Shown here piece by piece: positions 57,108 through 64,000 of a DNA stretch of 64,000 nt; within the stretch, counting starts at the first letter, position 1; each line of letters starts with the position of its first letter. The notes beneath the pieces are model-generated. The model saw only the letters and a list, made by a program, of their open reading frames with translations, was not told the origin of the DNA and did not search any database. The stretch spans positions 422,962 through 486,961 of the forward strand of contig JACPSK010000001.1 of NCBI GenBank assembly GCA_016193335.1, given 5' to 3'. A program made the position numbers and the translations under genes. This DNA is from Candidatus Magasanikiibacteriota bacterium. GTDB lineage: Bacteria > Patescibacteriota > Patescibacteriia > Magasanikbacterales > UBA922.

Positions 57108-58856
57108 TCATTCAATAACCCTAAATATTTCTTCAAGACTCGTTACTCCGGCGAGCGCTTTCAATATTCCGTCTTGAACCATGCTCAACATGCCATTTTC
57201 CTTGGCAATGGCCGCAACTTCAAATTCGGTTACCACGCCGGATGAAAAAGCGGCTTCTATTTTTTCATCCACTTTAAGCAATTCAAATATTCCTATTCGT
57301 CCTTTGTACCCCAAACCACTGCACTCTTTGCAAGCTTGAGGAAGATAGAAAAACAAATTTTCAAGAGACGGAATCTTGTCCCTTTCAGGCAATTGCGATA
57401 GATGATGCATTACTTTTTCTCGGAGACCAGATTCAAACGACTCTAATGATACCTTTTTTTTGCAAGTTTTACAAATTTTCCGCACCAAGCGCTGGCCTAT
57501 AAGGAGATTAAGTGCGGCACTCAGCAAAAAAGGCTTGGCGCCGATGGATAATAACCTCGGTATGGCCCCTGCCGCTGTGTTGGTGTGAACGGTTGAAAGC
57601 AAGAGATGCCCGGTCAGCGCGGCCTGCACAGCGATATCCGCAGTTTCGAGATCTCGTATTTCACCAACCATTACGATATCCGGATCTTGTCTCAAAAGAG
57701 CGCGGAGTCCTTTGGCAAAGGTATAATCTTTGTCCCGATCTATTTGACTCTGGTTAACACCGGCCAAGCGATATTCCACCGGATCTTCCAAAGTAATTAT
57801 TTTGACATCCGGCTTATTCAAAATACGCAAAATCGCGTACAAACTGGTGCTCTTCCCGCTCCCAGTAGGGCCGGTGGCGATTATCATCCCGTTTGGGCGC
57901 GCTATTTCCTGTTTGATAATATCAAGCCTATAGCCAACCAGACCGAGCTCATCCAAAGTAATCCCCTTTTCACTTTGTCTCAAAAGACGCATCACTACGC
58001 TCTCTCCGTGCATGGTGGGAATAATGGATACACGAACATCCACTTCCCCTCCCTCGGCCTTTATGGTAAATCTTCCGTCCTGCGGCTTGTCCGTTATATT
58101 TATTTTTAAGGAAGCAATCAATTTGATGCGAGAAAGTAATTTCTTGGGAGCTTCTTTAGGCAATTCTGCCACATCATGCAGGATGCCGTCTATCCTAAGA
58201 CGAACCATTACTCTGTTCTCTTCATTTTCAATGTGAAGGTCAGAAGCGTCTAATTTTAAACCCGCCGCCAAAATAATAGTGAGGATGTCAGTAGTCTGTT
58301 TAAGATGCAAAGCTTCCTCAACGCCCTCAAAATTGTGTATATCGGCTTTTACGGATTCGATATCAGTGGCTTCAATTTCAAGATTCTTGCTGATAGGTTT
58401 GATGATGGGCAAGGTATTGTACAAATTCAAAACATGAGCAAAGCTCGCTTCTGAAATAATATACAGAGCTCCTTGAGCATGATTGCGCTCTTCTATTTCA
58501 TGAACGAGTTCGTCCACTTCATCATTGTCAGGATCCAAGGTTCCTATTCTAAACTCATCCGGCGTTATAAAAAAACAAATACTTCGCAAACGCTTCGCTC
58601 TTTCAAGATCTATTTGGCGCAAAGCTTCCTGGCTGATCGGAAATTTTTCCAAATTAATATAAGGATACGCCCCGCCCAAATCTTCGGCTGTCCGTTTTGT
58701 CTCCACTTCAAGCTCATGTCTCTTTATTTGAGCCATCTTTTTGGTGAAACGTTCTTCAGTGTCTTTGGAAGCCACCGAAAGGCCGGAATGACTTTGAGCA
58801 GGATTCTTTCCTTTCTTGCCAGACAACAAATCATCAATAGAAGGGAGAACACTCAT
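57108..58856 (-). CDS. type IV pilus / type II secretion assembly ATPase (PilB/GspE family)
   Basis: Walker A motif GPTGSGKST; Asp box, Walker B and His box (…VGEIRDLETA…TGHLLLSTVHTN…); a C-terminal tetracysteine (CKTCKK…CKEC). Confidence 0.85.
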   Translation of the reverse strand: MSVLPSIDDLLSGKKGKNPAQSHSGLSVASKDTEERFTKKMAQIKRHELEVETKRTAEDLGGAYPYINLEKFPISQEALRQIDLERAKRLRSICFFITPDEFRIGTLDPDNDEVDELVHEIEERNHAQGALYIISEASFAHVLNLYNTLPIIKPISKNLEIEATDIESVKADIHNFEGVEEALHLKQTTDILTIILAAGLKLDASDLHIENEENRVMVRLRIDGILHDVAELPKEAPKKLLSRIKLIASLKINITDKPQDGRFTIKAEGGEVDVRVSIIPTMHGESVVMRLLRQSEKGITLDELGLVGYRLDIIKQEIARPNGMIIATGPTGSGKSTSLYAILRILNKPDVKIITLEDPVEYRLAGVNQSQIDRDKDYTFAKGLRALLRQDPDIVMVGEIRDLETADIAVQAALTGHLLLSTVHTNTAAGAIPRLLSIGAKPFLLSAALNLLIGQRLVRKICKTCKKKVSLESFESGLREKVMHHLSQLPERDKIPSLENLFFYLPQACKECSGLGYKGRIGIFELLKVDEKIEAAFSSGVVTEFEVAAIAKENGMLSMVQDGILKALAGVTSLEEIFRVIE

Positions 58857-58886
58857 AACTATAAACAAATTAAGCCAGACAAAAAT

Positions 58887-59879
58887 CTAAGCCGAAAGAC
58901 GCATCCAGTGCAATACACGACTTTTTATTCCGTTTTTGTGCATCTTCACGAACAAAAAAGTCCAGACATTTATGACAAACACAGTAAAAATGCTCCATAA
59001 TAAAATGACAGAGAAAAGGAAAAGCCCATACCCCACGAACACTCCTATTTTGAACACCGCGAGACTGGCAAAAGCCTGAGCGAAAAAAGTGCCGAGCAAA
59101 ACCGGAAGCAAAAATAAATACACCAAAGCACCCATAGCAAGCACTAGCATCGCTACGTTGGCCGCAAGAAGCAAAAAACCCACTTCAAAAGAAACCACCC
59201 AGTGGCTAATAAATAATTTCCATGCCGAAGACAGAGCTCGCCAGAACGGATATTCTTCCACCACCACATAGGACGCCGCATACACAAGCAAAAAAGAAAC
59301 GACCAAGCCCACCAGAGAAGACAAAATAAAAATCATGAAAAATAACACAATATCAAATCCCGAAGGTTCTACCAAGGCATTCACGGTGGACCACAATACG
59401 GCCAAGGCCATGAGAATAAAAACGAATTTTCTCGCGAGATTTAATGAAAGAAGACGCCAGAAATGACTCACTCCTTTGTGCCAGGCTTCTGCATCGTCTG
59501 GAAAGGATGATTGCCGTTTGGCATACTGAGCCGCGCTATACACTATTGCACCCTGGGACACCACAGCAGCGAAGAGCAAAGCAAAAGCCAAACCAAAAAC
59601 AATAAGCAACATCCATACAAACCACAGCCAACCGTCTGCACCCCAATGCGAAGAATTAAAAAATTGGCTCCAGGCATCAGGACTTAAAAAAAATACAATA
59701 TATGACCACAGGCCTCCCGCACGGACGCTGCTCGAGGCCAGGGCTACTTTCGCAAGCAATTCAACCACGCCGAGCTGCCCGAGCAGCATAGCAAAAAGAC
59801 CAAAAGCCCAGAGGCCCTTGTGTTGCCAGGCGAGTTTGGAGCTCGATCGCAGAGCATCACGGTAAAGGGGTGTTTTCAT
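58887..59879 (-). CDS. hypothetical polytopic membrane protein
   Basis: Eight or more hydrophobic segments. Confidence 0.45.
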   Translation of the reverse strand: MKTPLYRDALRSSSKLAWQHKGLWAFGLFAMLLGQLGVVELLAKVALASSSVRAGGLWSYIVFFLSPDAWSQFFNSSHWGADGWLWFVWMLLIVFGLAFALLFAAVVSQGAIVYSAAQYAKRQSSFPDDAEAWHKGVSHFWRLLSLNLARKFVFILMALAVLWSTVNALVEPSGFDIVLFFMIFILSSLVGLVVSFLLVYAASYVVVEEYPFWRALSSAWKLFISHWVVSFEVGFLLLAANVAMLVLAMGALVYLFLLPVLLGTFFAQAFASLAVFKIGVFVGYGLFLFSVILLWSIFTVFVINVWTFLFVKMHKNGIKSRVLHWMRLSA

Positions 59880-60013
59880 AGATATTTAATTTAAAAATAG
59901 TCAACTCAAAATAAATTAATATTTAATAAATAGTAGTATACCATACTTTTCTTCGTATTACATGAAAAATGATACCAGGCTTTGTATCTAGAGGCCATGC
60001 TCTCTGCTCAAAA

Positions 60014-60040
60014 CAAAAACCCTGGTTAGGGGTTTTTGTC
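60014..60040 (-). terminator. intrinsic terminator downstream of ftsH
   Basis: aaaaaccc-tggtta-gggttttt. Confidence 0.55.
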
Positions 60041-60063
60041 ATAACTGCATTTTTATTTTTGTC

Positions 60064-61968
60064 TCAGGCTTGTTTTCCTGTTTCTGGCAAAGAAGACAGG
60101 GTCTTGGCTGAATCTGGTAAAGCAGGTTTTGTTTCAATCGCTTCTCCGTTCATAACTTTCAAGAATTCACTGCGTTCCACGGTTTCTTTCTCAAGCAAAA
60201 CTTTTACAAGACGTTCAAGCTCGGAAGCACGTTCACGCAAAACTTTTTCCGCGCGGTTTTTCGCTTCTTCTAGAAAATGATCAATTTCCATGTCTATAAG
60301 TTCAGCGGTTTTTTCGCTGTAATTTTTCTTTTGATGGATTTCTTCTGCCAAAAAAATCAATCCTTCATTTTCTCCATACAAGCGGGGGCCCAATTTTTCG
60401 CTCATGGCATAGCGCATCACCATGCTGGTGGCGGTTTCCGTGGCGTTTTTCAAATCGCTCGAAGGCCCGGTGCTTAAAAATTCATCCCCATACTGCTTCT
60501 TTTCTATCACATAACCGCCCAACATCATGGCAAGATCATCCTTGAACTTTGCCAAAGTCCTATATCTGATATCTTCGTCCGGGACACTCAAGGTATAACC
60601 TCCTGCCATTCCTCTCCCGATAATGGATACTTTTCTCACCGGGTCGCAGTGCTCAAGAAAATGCCCCACCACTGCATGACCAGCCTCGTGATAAGCGGTC
60701 ATTTCTCTATCTTTTTGCGTCATGACTCTTGATTTCTTTTCAGGACCGAGCATGACCTTTTCTATGCTTTCCAAGATAAGATCATTATGAATTTCTTTCA
60801 CTTCTTTTCTCACCGCCAGAATGGCGGCCTCGTTGAGCAAATTGGCCAAGTCTGCTCCTGCGAAACCCGGAGTACGCTCGGCTATTTCTCGAAGTGAGAC
60901 ATCGGACCCAAGGGGCTTATTTCCCGCGTGCACCTGCAAAATCTTTTCTCTGTCGTCTATGTCTGGCAAGTCTATCACCACTCTTCTGTCAAAACGGCCC
61001 GGTCTCAGCAAGGCCTTATCAAGAACATCAGGGCGGTTCGTGGCGGCCATCACAATGACTCCGATATTCGGATCAAAGCCATCCATTTCAACGAGGATCT
61101 GATTCAAAGTCTGTTCCCGCTCGTCATGAGAACCTCCCAGTCCTGATCCGCGTTTTCTTCCCACCGCGTCTATTTCATCTATAAAAACAATGGCCGGCGC
61201 CGCTTTTTTTGCCTTGTTAAAAAGATCTCTGACTCTGCTCGCGCCCACCCCAACGAACATTTCCACAAATTCCGATCCGCTGATATGAAAAAAAGGCACG
61301 TTCGCTTCTCCTGCAACCGCTTTGGCGAGCAAAGTCTTGCCTGTGCCAGGCGAGCCCATCAATAGAACACCTTTGGGAATTTTTGCCCCCATGTCAGTGA
61401 ACTTTTTCGGATGTTTCAAAAATTCGACTATTTCTTCCAATTCTTCCTTCGCTTCTTTGGCGCCAGCCACATCCGCAAAGGTCTTTTTATTTTTGTCATC
61501 TTGTTCGGCTTCTCTTGCTTTGCTTTGACCAAATCCCATTGCTCTGTTGTTTACACCCTGTACTTGTCTGCTCATAAAAAATATAAGGCCCAAAATGAGC
61601 AAGACCGGCAGAAGATACGGCGCTATGACGCTCACCCAAAAAGCAAAACCACTTTCCTGTTTTACCATTACTCCCACTTGCTGCAATTTCTCCGGATTCA
61701 CCCCATAATTATCCATCAGTTCGGAAAACGATTGCCCCGGTTCTTTTTTTACTTTCTGTTTAGGCGCTTCTTCATCATTAAGAGTAATCTGAAGTGTATC
61801 TCCCCGCACCTCCACATTCTTAACTTTTCCTTGGTCTATTTCACTTATCAATACATTGATGCCTATTTCCGTTGGCTCTTCGGTGCTGAATTTCGAAAAA
61901 CTCAGCAGAGCGGCTATAAGCAAAAGAGATAGCACGATAACTCCGAATTTTTTGATAAAATCTTTCAT
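60064..61968 (-). CDS. ftsH: ATP-dependent zinc metalloprotease FtsH
   Basis: Two N-terminal TM helices, an AAA domain ([13 protein letters not shown]) and a zinc motif (HEAGHAVV). Confidence 0.95.
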   Translation of the reverse strand: MKDFIKKFGVIVLSLLLIAALLSFSKFSTEEPTEIGINVLISEIDQGKVKNVEVRGDTLQITLNDEEAPKQKVKKEPGQSFSELMDNYGVNPEKLQQVGVMVKQESGFAFWVSVIAPYLLPVLLILGLIFFMSRQVQGVNNRAMGFGQSKAREAEQDDKNKKTFADVAGAKEAKEELEEIVEFLKHPKKFTDMGAKIPKGVLLMGSPGTGKTLLAKAVAGEANVPFFHISGSEFVEMFVGVGASRVRDLFNKAKKAAPAIVFIDEIDAVGRKRGSGLGGSHDEREQTLNQILVEMDGFDPNIGVIVMAATNRPDVLDKALLRPGRFDRRVVIDLPDIDDREKILQVHAGNKPLGSDVSLREIAERTPGFAGADLANLLNEAAILAVRKEVKEIHNDLILESIEKVMLGPEKKSRVMTQKDREMTAYHEAGHAVVGHFLEHCDPVRKVSIIGRGMAGGYTLSVPDEDIRYRTLAKFKDDLAMMLGGYVIEKKQYGDEFLSTGPSSDLKNATETATSMVMRYAMSEKLGPRLYGENEGLIFLAEEIHQKKNYSEKTAELIDMEIDHFLEEAKNRAEKVLRERASELERLVKVLLEKETVERSEFLKVMNGEAIETKPALPDSAKTLSSLPETGKQA

Positions 61969-62073
61969 AATATAAATATGATTACAGACAAATATAGATG
62001 GGTCCCCATAATAACTGTGCGTCTATAATGTTGACCAAGTATAGGGAATGAAACGATACTTGTCAATCTTGAA

Positions 62074-62105
62074 GAGAAAAACCGGCTTTCTGGCCGGTTT
62101 TTCTC
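62074..62105 (-). terminator. intrinsic terminator downstream of rpsA
   Basis: gagaaaaaccgg-ctttct-ggccggtttttctc. Confidence 0.55.
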
Positions 62106-62120
62106 TAGTGATTGTGGAAA

Positions 62121-62232
62121 TGTGAAAGCCTATCCCTTCATAACATATTTTAAAAATCCTACGGAAGTCATCCCGCTTCGCTCTCGCACTCGTCCTCCGG
62201 CTTTTTAAAATATGTTATGAAGGGATAGGCGT
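62121..62232. repeat. ~105-bp palindromic element, copy 2 (perfect 24-bp terminal inverted repeat gcctatcccttcataacatatttt / aaaatatgttatgaagggataggc)
   Basis: Aligned by eye to copy 1; the core cgcttcgctctcgca is conserved. Confidence 0.6.
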
Positions 62233-62269
62233 CGAAATGTGTTGTTCCCATCCTCTATTTTTTCAGTTT

Positions 62270-63538
62270 TCAGACTGCGGCTTCTACACCATCCTCTGCT
62301 GTCTTCTCCATAGAAGGAAGAATTTCATCTGGAGGGTTCAGAGACTCTCCGACCGTTTCTGTCCGCTGTTTCTTTGAAACTTCCGCGTCTGGAGTCTCTC
62401 CTATGGATTCGTCTTTCCTCCGAGCTCTTCCTTTAACACCTTCTAACTTCAAACCCAAACGATGTTCAGCAGGCTCTATGGACAAAATCTCAAATTTTCT
62501 CTTTTCACCTACAGAAAATTGGCTCAAAAAACCTTGGCTATCTCCAATCGGTTTATCCGAGAGATCTGATATATGAGCCAGCCCATGTATCTCTTCGTCA
62601 AGACGCACCATAAGACCAAAGGCTTCCACTTTGTGAATTTCACCCTCTATAATCTGTCCGACCTTGTATCGCTCTTTCGCCTGTTTCCACGGATCGTCTA
62701 TCAGACGCTTCAAAGACAAATAAATTTTTGACTTGTTCAAATCTATGATCTGGGCTTTTACTTTATCTCCTATTTTCAAAATATCTTTGGGGTGATCTAT
62801 GCGCTGCCAAACGATCTCAGAGATATGAATCAAGCCTTCCAAACCATCGCCAAACTTCATAAACGCACCGAAAGGAGTAAGGGCCCCTATGGCGCCTTCT
62901 ACCACATCCCCGATTTTGTAAGATTCAAGGATACTCTTTTGTTCATCCTCCCACACGGCCTTTTCCGAGAGGATCAATTTTCCTTCTTCCGGGTTGGCGT
63001 CTAGGATTTTTACTTTGATGGCCGTATCGACAAATTGTTTGAGATGATCCAAAATTCTGTTCTTGTCTCCTCCCGGGACTCTTGGATAATGTTCAGGGCT
63101 GAGCTGAGAAACAGGCAAAAAACCGTTTACCGCATCCACCTGCAAGAGTAAGCCGCCTTTATTGGCTTGAATCACGCGCGCGGAAACAATTTTGGATTCT
63201 TTTTTGGATTCAAGCATCCTATCCCATACCAGTTTGTGTCCTGCTATGCGGAAAGACAGCTCCATTTCTCCGTTTTCGTTTTCTTCTTCTACAACGGTTG
63301 CTTCCACTTGATCCCCCACTTTAACCTCGGAAAACTCTTTAGACTCATTAAACAACTCTTCTCCCCGCACGACACCTATAATCATGCCATTTATATCCAC
63401 TCGAACCTCGCCCTTATCTATGGAAATAACCACGCCTTTTACCAAGTCACCTACCAGGGGAATCTTGGAAAAATAATCTTTAAGTAGTTCCCCAAAATCT
63501 TGAGGATTGGGGACTTTGGCGGCTGAATCGTCTGACAT
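62270..63538 (-). CDS. rpsA: 30S ribosomal protein S1 (four S1 domains, short form)
   Basis: Repeated S1 OB-fold motifs (GxVxG…). The start is taken at MSDDSAAK. Confidence 0.8.
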   Translation of the reverse strand: MSDDSAAKVPNPQDFGELLKDYFSKIPLVGDLVKGVVISIDKGEVRVDINGMIIGVVRGEELFNESKEFSEVKVGDQVEATVVEEENENGEMELSFRIAGHKLVWDRMLESKKESKIVSARVIQANKGGLLLQVDAVNGFLPVSQLSPEHYPRVPGGDKNRILDHLKQFVDTAIKVKILDANPEEGKLILSEKAVWEDEQKSILESYKIGDVVEGAIGALTPFGAFMKFGDGLEGLIHISEIVWQRIDHPKDILKIGDKVKAQIIDLNKSKIYLSLKRLIDDPWKQAKERYKVGQIIEGEIHKVEAFGLMVRLDEEIHGLAHISDLSDKPIGDSQGFLSQFSVGEKRKFEILSIEPAEHRLGLKLEGVKGRARRKDESIGETPDAEVSKKQRTETVGESLNPPDEILPSMEKTAEDGVEAAV

Positions 63539-63882
63539 ATATATCTTTATTCTGAGACAGACACATAAGCTATCTGTCTTTCTTAACCGAGTATAAAACC
63601 CAGTTACCCGATTAGGGGCTAAATTAAAGTCCAACTACTATAGCAAAGCGAGGGCGCAAATGCAAGACCTCCAACCAAGCTCCGCCACTCATCTCCACTC
63701 TTGCGCCAAGGCGAAGTTTGGGCTATAATAGGCTGGTATAATGAGTTTTATTTTGCTTTTGTCTTCCTCCTCTAAAGAAACCAAAGGGCAACGAAAAGCA
63801 GTGTCTTTGGGCTCTCTTGACCGAACAAAAAAATAAAGACGTAAAATACTTCATAAATCATTTCTTTGAAAGGAACTAAGCT

Positions 63883-64000
63883 ATGCATATATCGTGGCTC
63901 GGAAGGACCGCCTTTAAAATACAGGCAAAAACAAATGAAGGAGACATCAATATCCTCATAGACCCTTATAAAATGGAAATCGGCTCCTGCCCAAGAAATC
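63883..64000 (+). CDS. possible MBL-fold metal-dependent hydrolase, N-terminal fragment (runs off the window)
   Basis: MHISWLGRTAFKIQAK…ILIDPY resembles the N-terminus of UPF0173/MBL-fold proteins. Confidence 0.35.
   Translation, partial: MHISWLGRTAFKIQAKTNEGDINILIDPYKMEIGSCPRN

Overview
This window is an AT-rich, gene-dense bacterial chromosomal segment. The genes are small, several use GTG/TTG starts, and Shine-Dalgarno motifs are weak. Gene content is a type IV pilus ATPase, a DUF3048 protein, a glycolytic core and a eukaryote-like OMP decarboxylase. Together these fit a reduced-genome lineage such as Patescibacteria/CPR, but that is inference only. Almost everything is housekeeping. A glycolytic block (gap-pgk-SIMPL-eno-gpmI-gpmI) is followed by rpsB-tsf, rpmE, prfA-prmC, rplY, rodA, gyrB and secE-nusG-rplK-[ldhA-like]-rplA. 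Next come a complete dTMP module (dCMP deaminase, P-loop kinase, dut, thyA, folA, tmk), gatB, an argG fusion and pyrD-pyrK-pyrE-pyrF. The window ends with miaA/miaB, thrS, pilB, ftsH and rpsA. Four visibly GC-rich gene islands stand out as unexplained. They are a ~533-aa acidic protein between rpsB and rpmE, a 111-aa secreted/anchored protein after gyrB, a two-gene island at 40.2-41.7 kb, and a small gene at 52.3-52.7 kb. These are candidate foreign DNA or assembly chimeras. Other unexplained features are an 872-aa acidic repeat protein inside the dTMP cluster and an ArgG fused to an MGS-like domain. Several non-coding structures are also notable. They include a perfect 34-bp inverted repeat capped by a UUCG hairpin upstream of pyrK, and a ~105-bp palindromic element present twice with compensatory stem changes. 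A composite intergenic repeat family flanks the glycolytic genes, a probable T-box leader precedes thrS, and a cluster of GATC-rich iterated repeats lies in a divergent promoter region. No rRNA, tRNA, CRISPR array or transposase was seen. No GC value or homology was computed, so every composition statement is by eye and every family assignment is from motif recognition.
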